Below, one piece after another: positions 1 to 10,425 of a stretch of 64,000 nt of DNA (within the stretch, counting starts at the first letter, position 1; each line of letters opens with the position of its first letter). A program made the position numbers and the translations under genes. The DNA lies in IMG/VR virus record IMGVR_UViG_3300024239_000011, positions 124,001 through 188,000 of that record, one strand, 5' to 3'. Below the pieces are notes generated by a model that saw only the letters and a program-made list of their open reading frames with translations, ran no database searches and had not been told where the DNA came from.

Positions 1-487
1 TCGCTAATGCACCACCAAGAGAATGCCCGCACCACCATATAGATCGACCGTGTTTATTTGCTTGGATACAGCGTTCCATTTCTGGCCAAATCAAATCCAG
101 TGCATGTTGGAAACCGTTATGAACTTTTCCGCCGTTCTCGGAGTCTGTAAATAGAAAATCCATATCAGTTTTGATGTCTTTGAACTCATTCAATTCGGTG
201 CCACGAAATGCTATTACAATTATATGGGTACCGATGGCAATGAATGCCTGGGTACCTTCACAATCATAAAAATGAACATCCACAAACCCAGCATTAATAA
301 GTTGGGCAGCAACACGCTCATTGTCTCGCAAATATACCAACCGGGAGCATTCTACCAGCCATGTTGCGTTGATAGGACTATAAAGCAATGTGTCATAATC
401 AAATGGATGGGTTTGATGATAATCGAACCAGCCATATTTACCCGGAGGATCAATAATATCTAACTTGGAATAGGAAATCACCCCCAT
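1..487 (-). CDS. Lipase class 3 family protein (partial, runs off the window)
   Basis: Manual translation from ATG at 487 gives IAFRGTE, KVHNGF and the GHSLGGALA nucleophile elbow at the window edge. Confidence 0.85.
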   Translation of the reverse strand, partial: MGVISYSKLDIIDPPGKYGWFDYHQTHPFDYDTLLYSPINATWLVECSRLVYLRDNERVAAQLINAGFVDVHFYDCEGTQAFIAIGTHIIVIAFRGTELNEFKDIKTDMDFLFTDSENGGKVHNGFQHALDLIWPEMERCIQANKHGRSIWWCGHSLGGALA

Positions 488-518
488 AGCACACACCTCG
501 CAATTCTCTTGCGAATAT

Positions 519-1076
519 TTATGCAGCTTTGGGTAGTTCAGATGTGACGATACAGTGAACTTTGGGATGACCAATTTCTTCGTCATTACGTCCACGGAGA
601 ATTCTTCTTGATAGAACTTGTTCTAAAATAGTTGCTAGATGTAGAGCGGTATTTCCTGAAATCCTTTCTGCATCGATGACGAAACCAGTAGGATTTGAGT
701 ACAACACCAAATCTGCGGCATTATTTTCATCAAGAGTGCGTTTGATAACCCGAGAAAGTTCAGAAATCACATTAAAACGATACGAACCACACTCCGGTAT
801 GTCGGTATGTATTGTGATAACAATTGCATTTACCGCGTCACGTGAGACTATCGACCGAAGTAATTTTAGTTCAGCAGAAATCAATGCTATCTCTGTTTGG
901 ATAGCGGTAATTTGCTTCCGCATTGCCCTGGTTTCTTTAATTACGGAATACAGTAATTTGAATAGTTGGACGAGCATAATCGACCCCAGCACAGTATTCC
1001 TATGCAGGTATTTACATCTAACCATTGGCGGCAAAACATATAATTTTACGAAAATTGTGGGGAAAATTCCCCACAA
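519..1076 (-). CDS. Hypothetical protein
   Basis: ORF in a minus-strand gene run; true start may be internal. Confidence 0.5.
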   Translation of the reverse strand: MWGIFPTIFVKLYVLPPMVRCKYLHRNTVLGSIMLVQLFKLLYSVIKETRAMRKQITAIQTEIALISAELKLLRSIVSRDAVNAIVITIHTDIPECGSYRFNVISELSRVIKRTLDENNAADLVLYSNPTGFVIDAERISGNTALHLATILEQVLSRRILRGRNDEEIGHPKVHCIVTSELPKAA

Positions 1077-1078
1077 TT

Positions 1079-2125
1079 TTAGGAATAGAGATCGCTATTG
1101 AGGTACTGATCCAATGTATACGCCGTCACAACACTGATGGCGGCGGCGGCGGGTACTGCCACAAAGACCCCAACAAATCCGAACAGTGTAGCGCCTGCCA
1201 ACACCGCGAAGATCACCATAACCGGGTGAATCCCAATGCTTTCCCCAATCAGTTTTGGGACGAGTACACCACTTTCAACGACATGAACCACCGCAAACAC
1301 CGCACCAACAATGGCAAGATGGTACACGTCGTGGAATTGAAGGAACGCGAGGATTAATGCAACCGATACGCCCCCAATCATGGCGACATACGGAATGAAT
1401 GCGAAAATACCGGTCAGCATCCCGACAATCAGCCCGAAATCAAGACCGACTAACCACAACCCAACACCATAACCGACCGCAAGGCACGCACAAACCATAC
1501 CCTGACCACGGAAGTATGCAGATAGCTTTCCATCAATTTTGGTGGTGATGTGATCAAATGCGGGTTTCACCGACCGAGGGAGATGGAGATGAACCCATTC
1601 GATCAGTTTTGGCCAATCCTTGACCATGTAATAGGCGACGATTGGGGTTAACGCCAAAAGGGCGAAGAGATGAATTGCCCCAAGGCTTCCTGTGATCATA
1701 TGGGATGCAATCGCCCCGGCTTTCTCAAATGCCGCGCTTCCATGTGCCGCTAACGTTTCCTTGAGTTGGGCGATTTGATCATCACTCATATATTGTTTTA
1801 AGTACGGCATGAGTTCGCTCGTGCGTGTATTGAGCGCCATTTTCATGTCAGGGATGCGCTGAATAAGGTTGGTGATTTGATGCCAGATCAGCGGACCCAC
1901 ACCAAGTCCAATCATTCCAATAAGCAGGAAGAAAGAACCGACTACGCCACCGGCAGCAACAGATCGCGATACCCCGCGTCGATCCAGTTTTTCAACGAGG
2001 GGATCAACCAGATACGCAATCACAGCGCCAATCACAAACGGTGCCAGGATAGAAGAAAGGTAGTGGATCAAGACACCAGCGGTGACAATCACCGCCAGCC
2101 AAACAATAGTTTTTTTCGACATCAT
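1079..2125 (-). CDS. AI-2E family (PerM-like) transporter
   Basis: Multi-TM protein with ILAPFVIGAVIAYLVDPLV, YFRGQ, FIPYV and GIHPVMVIFAVLAG motifs. Confidence 0.9.
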   Translation of the reverse strand: MMSKKTIVWLAVIVTAGVLIHYLSSILAPFVIGAVIAYLVDPLVEKLDRRGVSRSVAAGGVVGSFFLLIGMIGLGVGPLIWHQITNLIQRIPDMKMALNTRTSELMPYLKQYMSDDQIAQLKETLAAHGSAAFEKAGAIASHMITGSLGAIHLFALLALTPIVAYYMVKDWPKLIEWVHLHLPRSVKPAFDHITTKIDGKLSAYFRGQGMVCACLAVGYGVGLWLVGLDFGLIVGMLTGIFAFIPYVAMIGGVSVALILAFLQFHDVYHLAIVGAVFAVVHVVESGVLVPKLIGESIGIHPVMVIFAVLAGATLFGFVGVFVAVPAAAAISVVTAYTLDQYLNSDLYS

Positions 2126-2520
2126 GGCACCGTCACTTCGAAGTTGATTGTGATGGTAAACGGGAGCGACTGCTTTTCACCGAATACCTCGATGATCTGC
2201 ATACCCATCGGTATGTTTTTAACGATAAATGCTTCCATTTCTTCGTAGGTCATAAATCCTTCCACAAAATGTCGTGGTGCGCGTTTCGCAACGGATTTCA
2301 TACCAACCGCAATCCATGGAAATTCATTAAAGATCGCCATTTTTTCCCCAAGAGTGAATGCAAGCTGGGGATCGATGAACGGGTATTTGTTTTCCATGTC
2401 ATTAAGACGTTGCTGAATTTGTACCAGATCATAGCAATGGGCATGCATCATGCCGTTTTCGGACATATGTACATACCCACCGTTAATTGGCTGATTGCAA
2501 TGAACACACGACACCGGCAC
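2122..2520 (-). CDS. Hypothetical protein with an N-terminal Zn-finger-like CxxC...HxxC
   Basis: GGAGG RBS; 4-nt overlap with the next gene. Confidence 0.6.
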   Translation of the reverse strand: MPVSCVHCNQPINGGYVHMSENGMMHAHCYDLVQIQQRLNDMENKYPFIDPQLAFTLGEKMAIFNEFPWIAVGMKSVAKRAPRHFVEGFMTYEEMEAFIVKNIPMGMQIIEVFGEKQSLPFTITINFEVTVP

Positions 2521-2569
2521 ACCTCCATTTGTTATGCGAAGTGTACTAATCGGAAATGCGTTCGTCCAG

Positions 2570-2944
2570 TTAAACCGCGTGGTCGAGTTCTGGTTTCACC
2601 AGAAATTCAATACGAATACCACCGGACCCGGCAACGATCTTGTAATCGTTTGCCAACCCAGACTGATGTAGATGCATTAGCTTGGTTAGGGCGACATCAT
2701 CATCTAGATTTATGACGCCTTCACGGGTTGCGTCGTCGTAATAGATGGAATTGCGGTCGTAAGAATCGAAGGGTAATCCAATTCGCCGGGCTGCTGCGAT
2801 GATCAGTTTGGTGATCTTTTGCTCACGCTCTATGCGTCGATCCTGTTCTTCCGCTTCTGGATCAGGAGCGTCAATATCATCAGGGCTAAACACATCTTGT
2901 TCGTTTAACCCGGCGAGGTGGCGAAGTCTGCGTATGTCTTCCAT
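2570..2944 (-). CDS. Late-expressed acidic protein, possibly a virion component
   Basis: TAAATA 5 nt upstream of ATG; RLRHLAGLNE-type N-terminus. Confidence 0.55.
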   Translation of the reverse strand: MEDIRRLRHLAGLNEQDVFSPDDIDAPDPEAEEQDRRIEREQKITKLIIAAARRIGLPFDSYDRNSIYYDDATREGVINLDDDVALTKLMHLHQSGLANDYKIVAGSGGIRIEFLVKPELDHAV

Positions 2945-3020
2945 GTATCTATTTAGTTATAAGCTTGGAAAAATTGTGTCATAAAAGGAAAGTGAAGTAT
3001 AATGTTTTTGGAGACAAACC

Positions 3021-3377
3021 ATGCATACTTCTTATTTTGCCAATTTGAAAAATGTCAAAAATCCTTTATCAATTAGTGGTAAAGCACCGGAATGGTACAC
3101 GGGACCGCAGTTTAAGATTTTGTCTCCCAAATATAGGTTCTTTCGAGACTATAAAGATGGCAACATAGATCAGCTTGGTTATACTGAGCAGTTCCTTGAT
3201 CAAGTGCTGAAACCACTTGACCCACAAAGTACCTATGATTATCTGATCACCACTTATGGTGAAGACGTGACCCTTCTGTGCTACGAAAAACCGGGTGATT
3301 TCTGCCACCGGCATATCGTTGCATTGTGGTTTGAAATGAACCTGGGCGTGAAGGTATCTGAAATTCCGCGTCCTTAA
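3021..3377 (+). CDS. DUF488-like protein
   Basis: TSYFA N-terminus and LLCYEKPGDFCHR motif. Confidence 0.75.
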   Translation: MHTSYFANLKNVKNPLSISGKAPEWYTGPQFKILSPKYRFFRDYKDGNIDQLGYTEQFLDQVLKPLDPQSTYDYLITTYGEDVTLLCYEKPGDFCHRHIVALWFEMNLGVKVSEIPRP

Positions 3378-3766
3378 TCGTGCAAGGATGGAACAAACTC
3401 TTCGATTTTTTCACGGAGGGATGACGTATCAAATGGCTTGATAACATAGCCAGATACACCAGCTTGCATAGCTGCCTCGACCGCATCCGTATGCGTTTCT
3501 GCCGTAATGATGATATATGGAATTTTGCGCAGATCGCGGTTCCCCCGAACCCGTGATAGCAATTCCAAACCATTCATCGGAAGCATATGAAAATCAGAAA
3601 TAATCAAACCAAATGGACCTTCTTTTTGAAGAATGTCCATTGCGGAATATCCATCCGCAGCTTCATAGATGTGCTGGAAACCAATTTCGTTTAACGTCAT
3701 TTCAATGATGCGCCGCATGGTATTATAGTCGTCAACGACGAGAATTTTCATATCTTGCGACTGCAT
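3374..3766 (-). CDS. CheY-like single-domain response regulator
   Basis: KILVVDD, ISDFHM phospho-Asp, ITAE, YVIKPF. Confidence 0.9.
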   Translation of the reverse strand: MQSQDMKILVVDDYNTMRRIIEMTLNEIGFQHIYEAADGYSAMDILQKEGPFGLIISDFHMLPMNGLELLSRVRGNRDLRKIPYIIITAETHTDAVEAAMQAGVSGYVIKPFDTSSLREKIEEFVPSLHD

Positions 3767-3838
3767 GATGGCTCTCCTAGGCACAGGGATATTTAGAGCC
3801 ATATTTGGATGAGTTAACACCTACGTAGACTTCATAGG

Positions 3839-4039
3839 TTAGATCGAAAACTTGTAAGAAGTACAATAGGTTAAGCTAAGAATGTTTACCATATATCCAG
3901 TAACACCAGCTTTCTTTGCTAATAGTACATTTCCGAGGCTGGCGTCCGAGTTGATCATGATAAAAGGTATGTTCTGATAATGCCCAGCATCACCAGCACG
4001 AATGGCTTGAAGCAATAGAAAACCACTCATTGGTTCCAT
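3839..4039 (-). pseudogene. C-terminal fragment of a second CheY-like receiver
   Basis: MEPMSGFLLLQAIR...IPFIMI...AGVTGY without the N-terminal acidic pocket. Confidence 0.55.
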
Positions 4040-4109
4040 GGAACATAGTAGTGTCTTTTCTCCGGTGTATTTACCGGAGAAAAGACACCTAATAACCCTA
4101 GGGTTATTT

Positions 4110-4661
4110 TTACATGATGCCGTTTGCTCGCAGTACCGGACGTAGAATATTCATTGACCGGGTATACCGGTCAGCAATCCCTTGCTTGTCCGGGGGCAAC
4201 TGCGCTATGCGCTCGGGATCACGGTTGTCCTCGTTATCGCAGTATTTCACCTCGATTACGTCGAGGTTGCCTTCATCCACCATCTTGCGGATTTTCTGAA
4301 TATAGGTCAGCCCGTCATTAGGGTCACGGGTCATACCAATCACACCGATGATGACGCTCTCGGTGAAGCCCCAGGCACGCAGATCGTCCGGGGTGATCGG
4401 ATCGGGGCGCCCAAGCGCCAGATCGACCATTTCCACTGTGTCTTCGATCACGTCATGCATGAGGGCAATTTTCTTCTTGCGATCAGTCGGCTTCTTCAGC
4501 CGATTCATCACACTGACCGGGTGGTGCCAGTAGGCGAAACCACCCTTATCAACCTGTCCTTCATGAACGATCTTGATGATCTCGGTGGTCTGGGCGACCG
4601 AAGGTTCCTGACCATTGATATCCGCGATCAACGCGGCGATACGCTGTTTCTTGCTCGGCAT
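4110..4661 (-). CDS. HD-domain small alarmone hydrolase-like protein (RelA/SpoT HD family)
   Basis: HEGQVDKGG.AY.HHP, ALMHDVIEDT and VKYCDNEDN motifs. Confidence 0.8.
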   Translation of the reverse strand: MPSKKQRIAALIADINGQEPSVAQTTEIIKIVHEGQVDKGGFAYWHHPVSVMNRLKKPTDRKKKIALMHDVIEDTVEMVDLALGRPDPITPDDLRAWGFTESVIIGVIGMTRDPNDGLTYIQKIRKMVDEGNLDVIEVKYCDNEDNRDPERIAQLPPDKQGIADRYTRSMNILRPVLRANGIM

Positions 4662-4726
4662 TCCTGTTTCTCTCTTCTTTTTCAGGATGGAGAGTAACAA
4701 GAATGCCATTACAAGTCAAGATCGCG

Positions 4727-5254
4727 TTATTTCTTCGTCTTGCGGTCGAAGATCGAACAGAAACTCTCTTTCTTTTCACCATAATAGGTCTGTGCCAACC
4801 CCTCACTGATCAAGGTTTCAGCAAGGTCGTTCCCGTTGACCAGAACTTTCGCATCAAATCTCCCACCGAATTTATCCCAGTGATATGGGATGATTACGAT
4901 GTCGTTCGTAGGATTGGTGATGAGGTTCGTCACCCGTTCCATGGATTTTTTGGAAAGTTCTTTCTCGGCGTCACATTCCGCGCGATTACCTTTTTCGGCA
5001 GTATTCGCTCCCAGTACACGCACCAGCCATTTGCGCAAAACGACCGGGTAATTGTCATCGGTCAACTGGAAGTCAACGCGAATAGTGTCGCTATCGACAA
5101 CTTCAAGAATTTTCCATTGATGCTTTCCCACCACTGGCTGAATGCTGGCAGTGAAATGCTGAAGTTCGGCATCTTTGTTTTTAGGTTGCTTCGCAGTAAC
5201 CGGCGAAGCAACCATCATTGCCAAAAAGACCGTGGCGAGAATACGGCAGACCAT
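4727..5254 (-). CDS. Thermonuclease (SNase-like) with signal peptide
   Basis: VVDSDTI, VRVLGANTAE, DKFGGR, LAETLISEGLA. Confidence 0.8.
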   Translation of the reverse strand: MVCRILATVFLAMMVASPVTAKQPKNKDAELQHFTASIQPVVGKHQWKILEVVDSDTIRVDFQLTDDNYPVVLRKWLVRVLGANTAEKGNRAECDAEKELSKKSMERVTNLITNPTNDIVIIPYHWDKFGGRFDAKVLVNGNDLAETLISEGLAQTYYGEKKESFCSIFDRKTKK

Positions 5255-5273
5255 AGATTAACCTCTTGCGCGT

Positions 5274-6410
5274 TTAGGCGAAAATACCCGCTTCTTGGAG
5301 CATTTTCCAGCCCAAATCCAATTCCGATTTCGACCCGGCAACGAACACCACATTCTCGCTGCGGGCGCTGAATTCGAAGGGGTCGCCGTTCGCGGGAACC
5401 GCGAGGTTCCGGCGTTCGCTATTGGGAACGGGCACCGTGGCGACGACTTCGGCGGTCGTCCCATCATTGAAAATGACCCAGCTACCCGGCGCCAGCGTGC
5501 CGATGTCGGCGGCGAACACCCGCGTGGCTTCGGGAAGCGTGGGTGAATAGTAGCCGCCGTACTTCCACGACATGCGCTTGCGGTACCACGATGCGTGACG
5601 ACCATCCCAGGTATCGGCGCCAATGATGATGGCATTGCAACCACGGCGATGAACCCGATCCGGATGTTCACCGGGCTTGGCGCCCAGGTAGTCGTATTGA
5701 TGGGTCTGGCGCATCGAGAACGCGACTAGAACGCGCAATTCATCCATGCTGTATTGGCTTGCGGGTGACTGGACGAAGACCACGCTTTTGTAGTCGAAAC
5801 GCCCTTCCGACTGGTTCGGGCGATCATCGCCCCAAATCATCGCCCCAGCGAACGAGCAGATACCGAAACCGGTGCCGCTGTCTTCGCTCAACCATTCGAG
5901 GGCGAGGATCAATTGATCCCGTGTCATCGTCATGGGATTGAGCCGGGTGATGGTGGTCGTGGGGGTTTCCACGAAGCCCGACTCGCGGGTCTTCCGGTCG
6001 CATCGCTGCGTCTCGTACTTGAACCCATCGCCGTTCCAGTACCCGGCGGTGAGGATTTGCAGCATCACCCCATCATGCTCGATGAAGTCGCCGCAATGCA
6101 AGGTCGGTACCAGTTTGCCCTTGTGGGCGTTCCAGGCAGCCATGACCTTCGCCGCCTCGACCAGGGCAGCGGTATTGTCCGGGGCGATTTCGTGCCCCTG
6201 GAACCGGACGACGTATTTGGGACCATTGGTCCGGTACGACTCTTCCAGTTTGTACCCATAGGGGTACAACGCCGCCATTTCCTTGGTGGACGCCGGGCGA
6301 TCATCCCGCACAACGTGATCGTCATCATCCCACACCCGGACATTACCATAGGAATCCATGAAGGCACGAAACATGTCGTCACCTCTTACCAAAGGGAAAA
6401 ACAACGACAT
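5274..6410 (-). CDS. Hypothetical protein
   Basis: 378-aa ORF in operon context. Confidence 0.65.
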   Translation of the reverse strand: MSLFFPLVRGDDMFRAFMDSYGNVRVWDDDDHVVRDDRPASTKEMAALYPYGYKLEESYRTNGPKYVVRFQGHEIAPDNTAALVEAAKVMAAWNAHKGKLVPTLHCGDFIEHDGVMLQILTAGYWNGDGFKYETQRCDRKTRESGFVETPTTTITRLNPMTMTRDQLILALEWLSEDSGTGFGICSFAGAMIWGDDRPNQSEGRFDYKSVVFVQSPASQYSMDELRVLVAFSMRQTHQYDYLGAKPGEHPDRVHRRGCNAIIIGADTWDGRHASWYRKRMSWKYGGYYSPTLPEATRVFAADIGTLAPGSWVIFNDGTTAEVVATVPVPNSERRNLAVPANGDPFEFSARSENVVFVAGSKSELDLGWKMLQEAGIFA

Positions 6411-6789
6411 TATCCCCGCCGACCTTAACTCTGTCAGGCATTGGGTTCGGGTGAGGGATTTGCAGCGTTGTCACTTCATTCAACCAATGGCTAATTGCCG
6501 AATGCGGATGCGTGGACATGAATTGCCGGAATGTTGAACGTACCGCAACATCAAAATCCTCAAACGACCCATCCGACTTGTTGACTTTCATGATTCGAAA
6601 ATCGTCAAGGAAGCGTTCCTTGCTTTCAGCCATTGCCATCGGATCACCCGCGCAACGCTTGATGCATGCATCCCCGAAAATCATTAGCCCGAACATAGCG
6701 TCGGTAATCATCGGCACCTCCATTTTCACCAACTATACCACCCACGGCTGTATAGTCAATACCGATAAATACAGAAAACGTTTTTCAAG

Positions 6790-7378
6790 GTGGTATTGAT
6801 GGCATTACGTGATAAGCAGCAAATTGAAGTCGAAGGCTGTATCGCTTCTATTCGCGAAACTGCGACCGCACTCACTCAGTTTGAGAGCGATAATAAAGAT
6901 ACAGCCCTTTTGGCCGAGCAACTTGGTGACACCCTGAATAAACTGGCTGCGGTGGTAAATATACTCTACCGGGAAGTTCTAACGGTGGGGAATACTATTT
7001 ACGATGTCTAAAAAACTCAGCGAAGAAATCCGTGAATATGTAGAAACATTAGGAATGATCACGGAGGGTGAATATATCCCCAATCGTCCACGCACCCTTC
7101 AAGTCAACATGGATCACTGGGATGCGTTCCCACGCATGATGATCCGATGGCACAATCCATTTGGACCGACCCCGGCTGTTTTCGATAAGGGAATTTTGAA
7201 TTTTTATGACGAACAGTCGTATGAAGACGCCAAGAAAAAACTTCAAACCCTTGGCATTTCCTTTGATGAACTTGATGACGGAATGACGACACATAAAGAC
7301 AAAGAACTTCGGCATGATACGGCTGGACAATTGTCACCGTATCCGAGCAATCGTGACATCTTCGATCATGAGTTCTGA
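6790..7378 (+). other. Two late-promoter-driven hypothetical CDSs (6790-7011, 7004-7378)
   Basis: TAAATA at 6766-6771; overlapping ORFs. Confidence 0.55.
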
Positions 7379-7581
7379 AAGTGCTCACGAATGCGCGTCA
7401 GGAAATTAATCGCCTGCTCATACCCATAGGCGTGGATGCCGGTATGACCTTTAGTGTTGTTGTCATCAAACAGCGCCAGGAAATCGCGATTGGTTGCTGA
7501 CCAATCGATGTCGATAACGCGCTTGCGACAGCCGATTTTGAACCGCCCAAAGTCAGGGATATTTATCAAAATCGCCAAGGT

Positions 7582-7663
7582 TGGTGGGGACGACGGGACT
7601 TGAACCCGTAAGCCGAAGCGGAGGTTTTTAAGACCTCTGTGTTTGCCCTTTCACCACGTCCCC
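7582..7663 (-). tRNA. tRNA-Leu(TAA)
   Basis: Cloverleaf, GAGGT-CTTAAAA-ACCTC anticodon arm, variable arm, CCA. Confidence 0.95.
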
Positions 7664-8323
7664 GTTACCCTATTCTTCACGCGCTCTGATCGGCGTGATA
7701 GTTACTTTTACCGCAATAACCTCGATCCCGTCAAAATTTTCCTTCATCGGGATGGCATCTTCTACTGCATCTTCTCGCAAATCATACACCAGAGATTCGC
7801 TGATACGATGATCCCACCCCGTCATTCCGTTTGCCGAGTAATATCGAAATTTTCGTTTATCGAGTTTCTGACGGATAACGTACTTGTTTGACATGTCCAC
7901 ACCTCATTATGTGTGGATATTTATGTCAAACTATTACTCAGGGTTCCTGATGTAGCCAGATACGCACCCGATCAACGGTTTGCTCTACAAAGCGCGGATC
8001 AGTTTCGATTTTTTGTCGAAGATACGTCTGAAACACCCGGACAGACGGTTTATCTTCACTGTGATCGGGGATGTGAAGTTTCGGGATCACTGAGGGCGGT
8101 TCCGGGGTGGGATTTGATGTTTCGGGGGCTACCTTGATGGCATGTTGTACCGCCCGTTGGATCAACCACTCTTTGATTCGCTTCATCGTTACCCCAAGAA
8201 TGCTCGGATTTTAGGAGAGTATTATGGGAACCTATGCGGTTGTCAAAAAGTTTCGCACGTCCCGAGGCAGTTGGTAGACGTGTTTTGCTAAATACGCATG
8301 TCCCTCTTCCAATCAGGTGGAAC

Positions 8324-8836
8324 ATGCGCAAATCAAAGTACACAAAAGAACTTCTTGAACAACACGTTGCAACGGCAATTTCATACTCGACATTGATCCA
8401 GTCATTTGGGTTAAAACCAACCGGCGGGACGTATGTTTACTTTCAAAAACTGGTACGCCAGCACGAAATCAACGTCGATCATTTTAAAGGTATGGGATGG
8501 GCGAAGGATTTAACCAAAGATAATAATACGACGATCAAAAGAATAGCTGAGCGCAATTCTTATACTGACGAGCAGGTACTTTGTGATAAATCCCCGGCGT
8601 CGATCCGCCCAACCCGTCTCCGTGATCTGATGATCAAGAACGGCATCCCCTATGTTTGCTCAGAGAGCGACTGTGATGTTGGGGCGGAATGGAAAGGGAA
8701 ACCGATCACCCTTCATATCGACCACGTGAACGGCATAAGCAATGATAACCGCCTAGAGAATTTGCGGTTCCTTTGCCCAAATTGCCACCAACAAACACCA
8801 ACATGGGGTCGGCACAAAGAAAAAGAGCCGGGGTGA
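8324..8836 (+). CDS. HNH homing endonuclease
   Basis: LHIDHVNGISNDNRLENLRFLCPNCH. Confidence 0.9.
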   Translation: MRKSKYTKELLEQHVATAISYSTLIQSFGLKPTGGTYVYFQKLVRQHEINVDHFKGMGWAKDLTKDNNTTIKRIAERNSYTDEQVLCDKSPASIRPTRLRDLMIKNGIPYVCSESDCDVGAEWKGKPITLHIDHVNGISNDNRLENLRFLCPNCHQQTPTWGRHKEKEPG

Positions 8837-8871
8837 GGTACCCCGACTCCACATACCCATTAAGGGAAACT

Positions 8872-8958
8872 TGGTGCGGATGACTGGACTCGAACCAGCA
8901 CGGGTGTTACCCCACATCCACCTCAAAGATGCGCGGATACCAATTTCGCCACATCCGC
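8872..8958 (-). tRNA. tRNA-Leu(GAG)
   Basis: Cloverleaf with long variable arm and CCA. Confidence 0.95.
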
Positions 8959-9387
8959 ATACACACCTATTTATATTTTTCGTGCTTGGTAGTCAACATA
9001 TTTCTTCAAGATTTTATCAAGCAATGAAACCATGTCGCCAATCCGTACTGATGGGTTGGGCAGCACGTACATGTATCTCAGCCATCACTTCGTCAAATGA
9101 ATGATGTCGCTCGGGGAACATATCACCTGCATGACAGCGACGAGCAGCTTCTTGGTCGTATGCGGTACGTCGATCATCCGCCACCCACACCATGGCATAA
9201 CTCTCAGTGTCGCCCGGACCCACATAGACCTGTAAGTTGACAATTTCACCGGTTTCCGGATGAAATACGACATCAACCCGCTGGCTGAAATTGGTAATCA
9301 GACAGTCCTTGAGGCAATCCCAGCCGTGGAATTGCGTTCCTTCGGTAAGTCGATACCCGAGTATATGCATCAGATCATTGATGTGCA

Positions 9388-9693
9388 TCATTCGTCCCCG
9401 AGGGTAATCATCGCGACGGTTTCGATACGTGAGGTTTTTCCACTTTGATAGGTTTCTGACGCGGAAAGACCAACAACGTTTTTACATCCATCGTTATTTT
9501 TTACAAGAAAGTAAACACGATCTTCGGTTCCATCTTTGTATTTTACTTGCTTGACCATTAGAGGGCAGCCATTGATGGTAGCAACCGCCACCGCATTTCC
9601 AGTGACAAATGCCTGTTGGTTGGCATCGTCAGAGAATTTCTCACATCCAGACAGCGCCAATACGACACCGCCAACCATCAAAATTTTACGCAT
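9388..9693 (-). CDS. Putative lipoprotein
   Basis: Signal peptide with LSGC lipobox. Confidence 0.65.
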   Translation of the reverse strand: MRKILMVGGVVLALSGCEKFSDDANQQAFVTGNAVAVATINGCPLMVKQVKYKDGTEDRVYFLVKNNDGCKNVVGLSASETYQSGKTSRIETVAMITLGDE

Positions 9694-9734
9694 GGGACAA
9701 CCCTCCGTTTAGGGTTGGATATACCAGTCCAACC

Positions 9735-10169
9735 CTATACCGCGCAACCAACTATTTCATGAATCGCCGCAAGGTAATCCACTTGTTCAGGTTCTTTGAT
9801 CGTTGCTACGACCTGAACAAGGCGATAATCACTAACTCGCAGATCAGTGTCCAGCATTCCGGTACCACATGCTGCAAGGCGGAATGGCGCATTCTCTGTA
9901 ACCATCCCTTGAAGAATTTGACCAGCAGGGGTGTCCAACAGCTTGATCTCTGCCATCAGCGCGTTTCCGTCGAAGAATAGGTTCTCTACGGTATGCGATA
10001 CCTTGTCCATGCTGATGACTAGCGTTCCTTCTGGGAAACCAAGTTGACCCGTTCGAAATGTCTGGGACATATACTCGGTTATTGCCGCTTGCATCATATC
10101 GCGTGGGTAAATGCGCCCGGTAATGGTCGGGGCATCGCAATCAAGAACTTTTTGGGTAATAATTTTCAT
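9735..10169 (-). CDS. T4 gp21-like prohead protease homolog, apparently catalytically dead
   Basis: GRIYP...KVSH...LLDTPAGQIL scaffold; GELxHP replaced by GQLGFP and GVSSRG by RLAACG. Confidence 0.7.
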   Translation of the reverse strand: MKIITQKVLDCDAPTITGRIYPRDMMQAAITEYMSQTFRTGQLGFPEGTLVISMDKVSHTVENLFFDGNALMAEIKLLDTPAGQILQGMVTENAPFRLAACGTGMLDTDLRVSDYRLVQVVATIKEPEQVDYLAAIHEIVGCAV

Positions 10170-10425
10170 GTTTCCTCACACGGGCGCATTGCCCTCATAA
10201 AAACGTTCACGATGACATGCGACCCCTGGTGAAAAGAGATGGTATCTTTTGCCGTTTTTTCCAACTTCGACTCCATAGTCGTAAAACGTCCAGTCCCATC
10301 CATCTCGCGTGTCGAACGTATAATATGCCTTATTGAGTTGGCATGTCAGGATAGCATATGAATATTTTACTTCAGGTGCCACTTGCTTTTGAGGTTCACA
10401 TCCAGCGAGTAACCACATGACACCA

